A stretch of 64,000 nt of DNA, taken from IMG/VR virus record IMGVR_UViG_3300031851_000013, positions 7,616 through 71,615 of that record; one strand, given 5' to 3'. The notes under the pieces were generated by a model. The model ran no database searches, had not been told where the DNA came from, and saw nothing but the letters and a program-made list of their open reading frames with translations. The position numbers and the translations under genes were made by a program. Within the stretch, counting starts at the first letter, position 1; each line of letters starts with the position of its first letter. Shown here in pieces: positions 19,775-28,682 of the stretch. Source of the DNA: a virus.

Positions 19775-22132
19775 TTATGGTTGTGCCACAATTCTAGTTT
19801 GAGCCGGTGCGCCATCAGAAACTAGCGAAGCTGCTACTGAAGAATCAGAATCTGCTCCATCTGGATCCAGTGGAAGTGGCTTTGCAACATAAGCAGGATT
19901 AGTAAAAACATCACCGTTTGCATTACTCTCAATCACAGGTTGAGCAGCACCAGTGTAAATTGCATTAAACACAAATTTAGCACCATCTAGCTCCGAAGAT
20001 TCGCATTCCATTGCATCAAGCTTGATCTTGCTCTCGGCTGGATGGATTGTGAACAACGCTTCAAGATCTTGTCTCATAACACCGTCAGAAGCAATAATAT
20101 CAACTCCCCACAACCACTGCTCTTCTGGTCTTGACGCAATGAACTTAGAAGCATCATATGTAAATTCAAGAACCGGGCATGGACCTGTTACACCATTGTT
20201 AAGGTTGGCAACGGTTGCTTCGGCGTGGAATCTTGTCTCAGAGTAAGCATCTTCCACTGAAAGAACCATTTCTGTCAATCTCGCTTCAACAAATGTCTTA
20301 ACAGCTAAATCACCTGCATCAATATGATCCTTAAGGGAACTTTCTAAGATGGTAAGATGTTGTGCAAGGTGAACAATTTCAAGATCTAATCTTGCTTCAA
20401 GAGCATCAACATCGTCTTTAGATGCAATAGCTTTGAGTTCCATTGCTGCGTGAACAGCGGCTTGAAGATCTTCAACTTCCTGCATTGCCTCAAGAATACT
20501 CTGAACACGACCGTCCATATTAGAGAAGGTTAGAAGGTTATTAACCGCTTCCATCTCTTTGAACGTGGCGGAGCCACTTGGACGAAGTAGTTTAAGGAAC
20601 CACTTACCTTCACCCTGTACTGCAACAGCAGCGGGTACTTCTACATTTTCAGAACCATATTCCGAATCACCAAGACCGGTGGTGGGCTCTGTTGCAATCG
20701 GATCGCCGGTTGGGGTAATGCCCAAGTCCTCTGGGTTCATAGCGATGAACTGTCCAACGACTAGTCCCAGTGGTTCTGAAAGAGCAGCATCTGCATCCGC
20801 TTCAGCTTGATCAACAAGGCGACCAAAACACATGGACACTTCCTTGATTAAACTGCTTGCAGCAGTTCCGTCTTGAAGAAAAAGTTCTCCATCTTGTAGT
20901 TTAACGTCGCCGCAAACTCTCATTCCTTTTGCTTCAACAGCACTTAGGAATTTTTTAACTCGGCAGTTGTTTTCTTCAAATCCAACTGTTGCCGTTCCTG
21001 CTTCAGTGACATCACCTGTGCAGCTAATTTCTGTTGGGTGTGTTCCACCCGACAAATCGTTTGTAAAACTGTAACTCATAATAATTTCCTCCATTGGTTG
21101 AGTTTCATTTGTATCTCCATTATTGGAGTTGCTATCGTCCTCATTGGACGTATCTGGGGCTTCTGGTGAAGACCCCTCTAAATCAGAATAAATTTCACCT
21201 TCTGCGTAAATTTCAAAAAAGGGCGAATTTTCGTAGCTATCATTAGAAAACGAAAAACCCACGTCATCTGCAACTTTGACACCAGTGGCTGTCCCAATGG
21301 CATCATATTCACCAATGAGTTGACCCATAACGGACATGATTCTTAGTTTATAAGTGTTTCCAACAATATCAACATCGCCACCGTTACCTATCAATTTAGC
21401 TGACGCTTGAATCTTTTCGTCTGGTGTGTGGGTTCTTGCCAATGCATTGCGACCGAGAGTGTCACCATACCAATTAACGGCGTTGTCATCATTAATATAA
21501 ATCCACCCATCTCCTGCTGTGTCATCAGGATCTAAGAAGTCAGCACCTTGTTTCTGACCGCTAACCCACCTGTGGCTTGCTACAACAAAGTCGTTGTCTA
21601 CAAACAACCTGTTTGAAAAGCCGTATACGTGCGTATATGGTACTTCCACTAACTCTAAAACTTCTTCTGCTGTCGCTGCACCTTCAAAAACTCTGAAGTT
21701 TGCGACATCCGGGGCTAAGTGGTGACCACCTCCGGACCACCCATTAATTGTCTCAATATCAGATGGTAAATTACTGTGCGTAATTGAACCATAATTGGTT
21801 CCATTGACATAATAGGTTAGCAAGTTTCCTACTCTCGTTATTGTAATCGTAGCCCACTCATCTTCACCTAATGCCTCTAATTCTGGTATTGGAAAATAAT
21901 CTTGTTGGAAAGCACCAAATACTCGTCCATGTGTAGGGTCAGTATCTGAATCAAAAATGTAATTTGCTCCATCTTGAAACAGATTTCCATATTGTGAACC
22001 ATCTAAAGTTCCTTTAACCTGAATGGATAAGGTCCAATCGTTATTTGGAAGAGTGAAATTGAGTATAGGCACCTCATTGTCCACATCTCCCGATAAATCA
22101 ACATTATATTGATTTGTAATTTCTGTTATCAT
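19775..22132 (-). CDS. Virion protein with N-terminal LamG/ConA-like domain and C-terminal module paralogous to 17006..19729
   Basis: Start moved to MITEI (GGAGG SD at 22140-22144); WATITITRVGNLLTYYVNG...VANFRVF is LamG-like. Confidence 0.7.
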   Translation of the reverse strand: MITEITNQYNVDLSGDVDNEVPILNFTLPNNDWTLSIQVKGTLDGSQYGNLFQDGANYIFDSDTDPTHGRVFGAFQQDYFPIPELEALGEDEWATITITRVGNLLTYYVNGTNYGSITHSNLPSDIETINGWSGGGHHLAPDVANFRVFEGAATAEEVLELVEVPYTHVYGFSNRLFVDNDFVVASHRWVSGQKQGADFLDPDDTAGDGWIYINDDNAVNWYGDTLGRNALARTHTPDEKIQASAKLIGNGGDVDIVGNTYKLRIMSVMGQLIGEYDAIGTATGVKVADDVGFSFSNDSYENSPFFEIYAEGEIYSDLEGSSPEAPDTSNEDDSNSNNGDTNETQPMEEIIMSYSFTNDLSGGTHPTEISCTGDVTEAGTATVGFEENNCRVKKFLSAVEAKGMRVCGDVKLQDGELFLQDGTAASSLIKEVSMCFGRLVDQAEADADAALSEPLGLVVGQFIAMNPEDLGITPTGDPIATEPTTGLGDSEYGSENVEVPAAVAVQGEGKWFLKLLRPSGSATFKEMEAVNNLLTFSNMDGRVQSILEAMQEVEDLQAAVHAAMELKAIASKDDVDALEARLDLEIVHLAQHLTILESSLKDHIDAGDLAVKTFVEARLTEMVLSVEDAYSETRFHAEATVANLNNGVTGPCPVLEFTYDASKFIASRPEEQWLWGVDIIASDGVMRQDLEALFTIHPAESKIKLDAMECESSELDGAKFVFNAIYTGAAQPVIESNANGDVFTNPAYVAKPLPLDPDGADSDSSVAASLVSDGAPAQTRIVAQP

Positions 22133-22339
22133 ATTATTTCCTCCTATATTGTATAACAATACATCCTGTTACAAGGCGCACTAACGCCTTGAACAAACAT
22201 GATATTTTTTGTGATGTTTGCTATCTGCGTTGCACGTTCTATAGGGAAGAAATGTGTGCGTTTTCTCTGCTATCCATCGTCGCTTATAAATAGTATGTGG
22301 AAAAATGTAGCTCCCGATCGGGAAGCAGAAACTTAACGA

Positions 22340-22894
22340 TCACCCCATCAGGATGACCCGATATTGCCCTTTAACATCACAGTGCGCCAAATATAAAGTT
22401 ATTTTTTCTTCAGAGATTTCTGTTGATACTCCAACGATCTCGTCATCATTGGATTCATCCACTACTTGGACGATTACATCGCTATCACTAAAAGGATTAT
22501 TGACTTCCCACACGTCCTGATCATTTTCATCAAGTGTATAAGAAATAATACCTTCACCGGATTCTTCTAGGAGGTACGAGAATTTGGTCAATGCTGTTTC
22601 AATAAGCCCGGTTATAGCAGCCTCAACTTCATCAAGTGCTGTCTGCAAACCATCAGTGATACCCTGAAACATTGTAATCTGTTGTACTATACCTGAAATA
22701 GTCACAGCAATAGAACCCAAACTTCCTTGTACAGCATTAACCTTGTTTGTTAACTCTTGCAAGTCACCCACGGCTCCACCGAGAGATACAGCAGAGATCT
22801 GTTTCTTCAACTTCTTCTCAATAAGTTGTCTGGTGATCGCCGAATGTACAATTCCGTGGTTTCTTGTTCCCATTTTTAATACTTCCTCTGTCAT
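22340..22894 (-). CDS. Coiled-coil structural protein
   Basis: Heptad region plus C-terminal DVIVQVVD beta domain; may start at MGTRN (22873). Confidence 0.65.
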   Translation of the reverse strand: MTEEVLKMGTRNHGIVHSAITRQLIEKKLKKQISAVSLGGAVGDLQELTNKVNAVQGSLGSIAVTISGIVQQITMFQGITDGLQTALDEVEAAITGLIETALTKFSYLLEESGEGIISYTLDENDQDVWEVNNPFSDSDVIVQVVDESNDDEIVGVSTEISEEKITLYLAHCDVKGQYRVILMG

Positions 22895-23001
22895 ATAATT
22901 AGTTGTACCTCCAAGTAAAAGAAAATTAATATTTTTCTTCTTTTTAATTTTCTGACAGATAGTTAATTTATAAGAGCTTGATTCAAGCAGGTGAATTATG
23001 A

Positions 23002-23925
23002 ATGGAGAGAAGACTTAGAAATACCATCAGCTTTTTAGCGATGGCGATGCTCGCAGCAAGTATGAATGTTGCTTGTGCCGGGATTAACAAACGAGTTGTT
23101 GCCCCAACGGATTCCTTCACCCTATTATCATCAAATCACATAGTTGAAATTTGTGCAAGTCAAGAGACTCAAGAAGATCCAGAGTTTCAATCTTCTGGAT
23201 TACCTGTTTGTGCTTCTTTTGAATCTAAGAGTCTTGCTAGTGGTTCTATAATTAGACATTACAGGGAACCTACGGAAAGAGAAGAAAGAAGTCTTGTACT
23301 AAGTGTGGCTCACTGGTGTCAACCTCCGACTGGTAATGATGTTTTACAAATGATTCCTCGGGGTGGACCTAGAGAAATGGTAATGGCTGGAATTTATACT
23401 ATTAGCAGGCACGCAGCTATTGAGTATGCAATTGATAATCTTGGCGTACAACATAATGTAACTAGGAAGGTTTCCATTGACAACGATGTTGATGTTTGTC
23501 TCATAGAAGTTGAGAGAATTGATATGCCAGCTTTAAGAATCTTACCGGAAAACCCAAACCACGGTGATCGGGTTTTAAATATGGCTGCGCCTTGGGGATA
23601 TTTCAATCCTCCAAACATTTTTATTGATGAAGGTTTATACCTCGGAGAGTGCAGAAACCCGGAGGTTTGTAGAATCGTCGGTGAGTTTAGCATTTCAGGA
23701 ATTTATGCTGGACAAGGTAGTTCAGGTTCACCAATATTAATTAGAAGAGGAGGACGTTGGCACATTGCTGGTATTATCCACGCAGTACGTGTCGCACCGT
23801 TCGGAGGTGCTTACTTACCGATGGGTGCATCAGTTGAACAAATCAACAATGTTATTCGTAGAGATTTTATTCCGTACCTTACAGGTCAGGGACAATCAAA
23901 CCCCAAGGAACCTAACATGAAGTGA
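23002..23925 (+). CDS. Secreted/lipoprotein trypsin-like serine protease
   Basis: Signal-like N-terminus with VAC; catalytic LSVAH, DVC, GSSGSP. Confidence 0.85.
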   Translation: MERRLRNTISFLAMAMLAASMNVACAGINKRVVAPTDSFTLLSSNHIVEICASQETQEDPEFQSSGLPVCASFESKSLASGSIIRHYREPTEREERSLVLSVAHWCQPPTGNDVLQMIPRGGPREMVMAGIYTISRHAAIEYAIDNLGVQHNVTRKVSIDNDVDVCLIEVERIDMPALRILPENPNHGDRVLNMAAPWGYFNPPNIFIDEGLYLGECRNPEVCRIVGEFSISGIYAGQGSSGSPILIRRGGRWHIAGIIHAVRVAPFGGAYLPMGASVEQINNVIRRDFIPYLTGQGQSNPKEPNMK

Positions 23926-24938
23926 ACAAATCCATAGCCAATGTCGCACTTTTAACCCTACTCTCTTTTACAGGGTGTGTGACTGACTATGGTATACACG
24001 CACCAAAAGAATATATTGAGGTCGTAGTCGAAGTAGAGGTGCCCGCCGAAGACGGATGGAGTGGTGATGTATGGGTTGATCACTTTTATCAATCAGCGAC
24101 CATGAATGGAATTGATATTTTGTGGGTTATTGATAGATCCGGTTCCATGAGCACTCACAACACACGTCTATTATTAGGCATTGAATCAATGCTTAACGTT
24201 TTAAATAGCTTACCCATGACAACACAGTGGAGATTGGCAATGATGAGTGCAGATGGTACCAAGAGTATCAACGAAGTCCAATTTCCCCTAACATATGGTG
24301 CTGACATTATTGATGCGACGAACATGTTCAACGCAACTCTTAAGGGTGGGTATGAGGAAGGCTTTGATGCATCATATGAATATATTACAAACAATGCATA
24401 TTCCAGCACTTGGATGAGGAATGATGCTGCACTATTAATTGTTTTTGTTTCTGATGAGCAAGAACAAAGTTCGGGCTTTACAGGAGCTTCAGATTATGTT
24501 AGTTGGTTAAGTTCTCTAGGAAGACCACAAGTTTACGTATCCAGTATTGTAAATATAAACCCAACGTATTCAATCTGCAACGGCTCCATGACCAATGTTG
24601 GAGCCGACTATATTGATGCAACGAACCTATTGGGCGGAGTGGTTGTTGATATTTGTTCCGAAGATTGGAGTGCCGGTATGACAGATGCCGCCAATCAATT
24701 AGAGCCAGTTATAGAATATGAGTTAACCCATGAACCAATACCAGAATCCATTGAAGTGTTTGTAAACGGTCAAGTTTATGACAATTCGTTGTGGTATTAT
24801 GAAGGTACAATCAACAGCGTCATATTTACTGAAACAGATGCGAGCGGTGCTATTGTCGGACCACCGGCAAGTACTTTAGTGGAAATCGGATATGTTTATG
24901 AATCAGATGAAGGAGATACGGGTGATACGGGTATTTAA
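23922..24938 (+). CDS. VWA-domain lipoprotein
   Basis: Lipobox FTGC; MIDAS DILWVIDRSGSM; VFVSDE; C-terminal DTGDTG. Confidence 0.85.
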   Translation: MNKSIANVALLTLLSFTGCVTDYGIHAPKEYIEVVVEVEVPAEDGWSGDVWVDHFYQSATMNGIDILWVIDRSGSMSTHNTRLLLGIESMLNVLNSLPMTTQWRLAMMSADGTKSINEVQFPLTYGADIIDATNMFNATLKGGYEEGFDASYEYITNNAYSSTWMRNDAALLIVFVSDEQEQSSGFTGASDYVSWLSSLGRPQVYVSSIVNINPTYSICNGSMTNVGADYIDATNLLGGVVVDICSEDWSAGMTDAANQLEPVIEYELTHEPIPESIEVFVNGQVYDNSLWYYEGTINSVIFTETDASGAIVGPPASTLVEIGYVYESDEGDTGDTGI

Positions 24939-25029
24939 AAAAATAGGAGCTTTTTCTGCGGGTATGTTTTGTGGAACAGTTTATGGTTCTGTAATTGCGA
25001 CCTTGACAGCATATATGTTATTAAGATAA
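24922..25029 (+). CDS. Small membrane peptide (35 aa)
   Basis: AAGGAG + GTG; MIRVFKKIGAFSAGMFCGTVYGSVIATLTAYMLLR. Confidence 0.45.
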   Translation: MIRVFKKIGAFSAGMFCGTVYGSVIATLTAYMLLR

Positions 25030-25031
25030 CA

Positions 25032-25107
25032 TGGAGCCGATGATAGGAATTGAACCTACAACCTACTGATTACAAATCAGTTGCTCTGCCAGTTGAGCTA
25101 CATCGGC
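25032..25107 (-). tRNA. trnT: tRNA-Thr(TGT)
   Basis: Cloverleaf GCCGATG...CATCGGC TCCA; anticodon arm ACTGA-TTTGTAA-TCAGT; GGTTCAA T-loop. Confidence 0.95.
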
Positions 25108-25629
25108 TTAGAGTTTATACCCAATAAGATATGGCAACCATTTTTCGTGAATCTTCTTTCTCTCTAGAACATGAAATGTTTCAGAAGAAGGTTGAACAGG
25201 TTGTCGTAAAGGTTGCATATTAACCTGAAATGGAAGTTTGTCTCCCTTTATTTGGTTACATCGCTTACAGCAGGTTACTATATTCTCCCAAGTCTTTGGT
25301 CCACCTCTACTCCTTGGAGTTACGTGATCCAAAGTAAGTAAATCAGTAGAAAATATGTTTCCACAATATTGGCAGGTATTACTATCTCTCCAAAATACAT
25401 TTTTTCTATTACACTTTAAAGTTAATTTGTCTCTTCTTATATATCTGTTTAGTGAAATAACACTAGGTACTGGAAATTTCTTATAAGCTGAACAAATAAA
25501 TTCCTTATCATAGGCTTCTACTAGATTAGCCCTTTTCATATAAATCATACAAAATGCTTCAAACGCTGTTATAATCTGCACTGGTCTATAAGACGAATCC
25601 AGCTTCAGCGTTCTACGCTCTTCTGACAA
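25108..25629 (-). CDS. HNH endonuclease (McrA-like)
   Basis: RD..CQYCG...TLDHVTPRSRGG...WENIVTCCKRCN. Confidence 0.92.
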   Translation of the reverse strand: MSEERRTLKLDSSYRPVQIITAFEAFCMIYMKRANLVEAYDKEFICSAYKKFPVPSVISLNRYIRRDKLTLKCNRKNVFWRDSNTCQYCGNIFSTDLLTLDHVTPRSRGGPKTWENIVTCCKRCNQIKGDKLPFQVNMQPLRQPVQPSSETFHVLERKKIHEKWLPYLIGYKL

Positions 25630-25630
25630 T

Positions 25631-25882
25631 TTATTCTCCTCTAACTATCAACTCTACATCAACTGATTCTGTATCTAGTTCAATCCAAACACGAGCACCA
25701 CAACTTAACGGCTTGTGTGTACTGTATATTACACGAGCTATTTCTTCCCCGTCTTTTTTAATTATTGCTTCATGAGCATAATTGTTTTCTTTGTATGTCT
25801 TGATGGTCAAAACAGGTTCGTCAGTGTTATTCTTTGTGTTTGAGCGAATCTTGTGTTGATTGACATGAATGATCTTCTTCAT
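25631..25882 (-). CDS. Conserved small phage protein
   Basis: MKKIIHVNQH...KPLSCGARVWIE; start moved because the upstream part of the track ORF is a tRNA. Confidence 0.75.
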   Translation of the reverse strand: MKKIIHVNQHKIRSNTKNNTDEPVLTIKTYKENNYAHEAIIKKDGEEIARVIYSTHKPLSCGARVWIELDTESVDVELIVRGE

Positions 25883-25904
25883 ATTTTTATTTTTTCTTAA
25901 AAGG

Positions 25905-25977
25905 CTGGGACGGCTGGATTTGAACCAACAACTTTCGGAGTAACAATCCGATGCTCTGCCAATTGAACTACATCCCA
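25905..25977 (-). tRNA. trnN: tRNA-Asn(GTT), CCA not encoded (CCT follows)
   Basis: TGGGATG/CGTCCCA acceptor; TCGGA-TTGTTAC-TCCGA anticodon arm; GGTTCAAAT. Confidence 0.9.
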
Positions 25978-25983
25978 ACTATA

Positions 25984-26265
25984 TTAAAGAGGCTTGTACC
26001 CCTTGTGATAATAATTTTCACCTTCTATTTTCATAAATGAATCATAATCCTCATGAAGATGAAAATAACCTAAAACCTCTGGAATGTCTTGACAATCTTC
26101 TGGTAATGGGTAAATCTTACCAAATGGTAGAGAAGAAGCTGGGTTGAAGAAGAAGGGGTCCACAGTTTCAAGTGAAGACCACCAAGCAATCATCTCCTTA
26201 CGAGATTTACTTGTTTCCCAAACCCAGTGGCGGTAGCCATATTCTTCATCTACTAAAAATTTCAT
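25984..26265 (-). CDS. Hypothetical protein
   Basis: 93 aa, coupled to clpP stop. Confidence 0.65.
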   Translation of the reverse strand: MKFLVDEEYGYRHWVWETSKSRKEMIAWWSSLETVDPFFFNPASSLPFGKIYPLPEDCQDIPEVLGYFHLHEDYDSFMKIEGENYYHKGYKPL

Positions 26266-26882
26266 TAAATGATCTCGTCAATCAAACCATACTTGAGACA
26301 CTTCTCTGCGTCCCACCATAGATCGTGTTTTAAAATCTTATCAAGTTCTTTTTTGGGAACTTGAGTGTGCTCTTCGTAAATCTCTTTAATAACTTTCATA
26401 AAGTTATCACAGTTCTCCATGTCATCTTGAAGTTCTTCATACTTCCCCCATAACCCAGAAGATAACTGGTGGATTAACATATAAGCATGACGATTCATCT
26501 GACGATGACTGGCAGTGACACTCATCATAGTTGCAGCACTAGCTGCACAACCATCAATTACAGAAACCACTGGGACTTTAGATTTAATAATATAGTCAAC
26601 AGAAGATAACCCAGCAAAAACACTACCACCATATGAATTAATATGAAGATAGATCTTACCGGGATCAGTATTCAGCGTGACCGAACGATTCTGAAGGTTA
26701 ATATCTAAATTAACCAAAGACTTATTTAGTTCTAAATTCTTGGTCCTTGAGACCTCTGAATAAAAGTAAATCCTGTTATTAACAGTCTCTACTTTATTGT
26801 TATCATCAGAAGAAGCTGCTTCTGAACCACATATGGCGGTAGGATCTTTCTTCTCACCTAACCAATAAATATCTTTTCTCAT
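26265..26882 (-). CDS. clpP: ClpP-like serine protease
   Basis: LHINSYGG, GCAASAA (Ser), MLIHQ (His), HDLW (Asp), YGLIDEI. Confidence 0.9.
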   Translation of the reverse strand: MRKDIYWLGEKKDPTAICGSEAASSDDNNKVETVNNRIYFYSEVSRTKNLELNKSLVNLDINLQNRSVTLNTDPGKIYLHINSYGGSVFAGLSSVDYIIKSKVPVVSVIDGCAASAATMMSVTASHRQMNRHAYMLIHQLSSGLWGKYEELQDDMENCDNFMKVIKEIYEEHTQVPKKELDKILKHDLWWDAEKCLKYGLIDEII

Positions 26883-26909
26883 TGTTTGTTACTCCTAATT
26901 TAAGATATA

Positions 26910-26986
26910 TGGCACGCCCGAGAGGACTTGAACCTCTAACCCTCCGCTTAGAAGGCGGATGCTCTATCCAGTTGAGCTACGGGCGC
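26910..26986 (-). tRNA. trnR: tRNA-Arg(TCT)
   Basis: GCGCCCG acceptor; TCCGC-CTTCTAA-GCGGA; CCA encoded. Confidence 0.95.
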
Positions 26987-27005
26987 ATAAAACTTTCACT
27001 ATACT

Positions 27006-27034
27006 AATATAACACAGCTTTACTGCTTTGTCAA
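27006..27034 (-). promoter_or_regulatory. sigma70-type promoter for tRNA-Arg/clpP unit
   Basis: TTGACA-17-TATATT with extended TG. Confidence 0.75.
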
Positions 27035-27076
27035 ATAAAAAAAGCCGGTACAAGTAAAAAAACTCATACCGGCTTT
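27035..27076 (-). terminator. Intrinsic terminator ending the tmRNA-containing unit
   Basis: AAAGCCGGTA...TACCGGCTTT hairpin plus U tract. Confidence 0.8.
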
Positions 27077-27094
27077 GAAACTTAATATGTTTAT

Positions 27095-27265
27095 TTATTT
27101 TTCTGAAACTGCGTCTTCAGCTTTTCCGAGTAGAGAAGCGAGCTTTACTCTAATTCTCTTTACAGGTGTGGTAACGTTTTCCACGATAAGACCTGTAGCT
27201 ACGCCAATACCCAGTGCGAGCGCATGTGTTCCTACGAACTGTACTATTTGTTGTAATGTTTCCAT
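27095..27265 (-). CDS. Small membrane protein (56 aa)
   Basis: AAGGAG SD; METLQQIVQFVGTHALALGIGVATGLIV...; below the track cutoff. Confidence 0.7.
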   Translation of the reverse strand: METLQQIVQFVGTHALALGIGVATGLIVENVTTPVKRIRVKLASLLGKAEDAVSEK

Positions 27266-27304
27266 TTTGTTTTTCTCCTTTTGGTGTTAAACACCTTGTT
27301 GAAA

Positions 27305-27666
27305 TGGTGGAGGTGGGGAGAGTCGAACTCCCGTCCACAATAGCTTTAATATTAAGTCATTCACAAGCTTGTTCGGTTTACTATCAGAAACCGACAAAGA
27401 TAGATAGACAACCCTGCGCTTACTATCCTGTTGCGCTCCACCTATAAATAGGGAACCATTGTGGTTTTGTTTATTTTAGTGGAACCAACCACTTATCCTA
27501 AATTGGTAAGATGGCTTTAGGAAACCACCCGATTAAGCTGCTAGAGCTAGTTCGTAATTGTTATTGTTATTGGCAATTAAAATTTTGTAACGCTGTCAAG
27601 CCATGTGTTACCGTTGGCTACTTGCACTCTCTACCTCTACTACCCTGTCGAATCCATTTCACCCCC
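27305..27666 (-). ncRNA. ssrA: tmRNA; tag (A)ANNNNNYELALAA at 27574-27533
   Basis: 5' GGGGGTGAAATGGATTCGAC; 3' GGACGGGAGTTCGACTCTCCCCACCTCCACCA; G3-U alanine pair; tag ORF ending ALAA*. Confidence 0.95.
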
Positions 27667-28008
27667 ATTAATATATTGTTCTGATTTGAACTTCTTATAT
27701 AGTTGTCTAAATGCTTTCGGAGTAATCCCCAAAAACCTACTTGCTTCACCTTTAGTTTTAGTTGCTGTTAATGCAAATGTAAAAATAGATTCTTTAATAA
27801 TATCTTGAAGTGAGAACCATAATGGTAAACCATATAATTTACCGCCTGCTGCTTTAGCAGCTAGTTCTAACTTTAATGAAATTATTTCCTCTAGTGTTAG
27901 ACTATTGAGAAGGACTTCTAAATCATATGACAGTCTCTTCTCTTTTTTTAGTCTTCTTAATAGTGAGAATTCTTTGTTACCTATTTTCTTCATTTGAATC
28001 TTTTGCAA
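27640..28008 (-). CDS. Fis-type helix-turn-helix protein; last 27 nt lie inside tmRNA
   Basis: ALTATKTKGEASRFLGITPKAFRQLYKKF matches the Fis/NtrC C-terminal HTH pattern. Confidence 0.7.
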   Translation of the reverse strand: MQKIQMKKIGNKEFSLLRRLKKEKRLSYDLEVLLNSLTLEEIISLKLELAAKAAGGKLYGLPLWFSLQDIIKESIFTFALTATKTKGEASRFLGITPKAFRQLYKKFKSEQYINGGEMDSTG

Positions 28009-28267
28009 CTCCTAAAATAGCATAACCACAAATATCTTTCCAAGGACTTTCTCCAAAAGCATCTTTGTTATTAGCTACTCTAAATAATTTATCAATGACT
28101 CTTACTAATGTTAACATATCTTGATATTGATCTACGCTAACACCATTAGGATAAAGTACTTGTAGGATTTTTTGAGCTTGTGAAAATGAATCACCATAAG
28201 CTTCGTTCTTAGATTGAACTAGCTTACCAATATCACTTCCAATTGTTTCAAAGATCTTGTTATTCAA
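27977..28267 (-). CDS. Nucleotide-modification-associated helical protein (DUF1599/MazG-like)
   Basis: KNEAYGDSF...DKLFR...DICGYAIL. Confidence 0.65.
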   Translation of the reverse strand: MNNKIFETIGSDIGKLVQSKNEAYGDSFSQAQKILQVLYPNGVSVDQYQDMLTLVRVIDKLFRVANNKDAFGESPWKDICGYAILGVAKDSNEENR

Positions 28268-28295
28268 TAGATTACTCTCTTTCAGATTTACCTAT

Positions 28296-28323
28296 ATAAT
28301 AACACATCTTACATATTTGTCAA
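28296..28323 (-). promoter_or_regulatory. sigma70-type promoter for DUF1599-like/Fis/tmRNA unit
   Basis: TTGACA-16-TATTAT with TGTG. Confidence 0.65.
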
Positions 28324-28326
28324 GTA

Positions 28327-28578
28327 CTATTCTTCAGATTCTTGACTTTTAGATGCTCGCTTAGATTTCTTCTTAGAACTAGTGCGTTTTGGTGCAGGCT
28401 TCTCTTCAGCCTCAACTTCCTCTGCAATTTCTTCTGTTTCTACAGACTCAACTACTTCGGGTGCTGATTCTTCTAATTGAATTTCAATCTTCTCTTCAAC
28501 TACCACAGGAGCACTACCTGCATTCTTTTTAGCTAATCTAGCAGCTTTCTTTTCTCTTCTTCTTCTTGGGCTTGGCAT
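28327..28578 (-). CDS. Low-complexity basic-acidic-basic protein
   Basis: 83 aa with AAGGAG SD; TTAACA-17-TACAAT promoter at 28628-28656. Confidence 0.65.
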   Translation of the reverse strand: MPSPRRRREKKAARLAKKNAGSAPVVVEEKIEIQLEESAPEVVESVETEEIAEEVEAEEKPAPKRTSSKKKSKRASKSQESEE

Positions 28579-28682
28579 TTTCTTTGTTCTCCTTGTTTAT
28601 TTGTTATTTACTTTGTTTTATATTAACATTGTATCATACTTTTTTTCAAATGTTAAGTAAAAAATGAAATTTTGACCATATT

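Noticed and set aside
25883-25978. N-terminal extension of the 115-aa track ORF
   Set aside because: It is the tRNA-Asn sequence read as protein.
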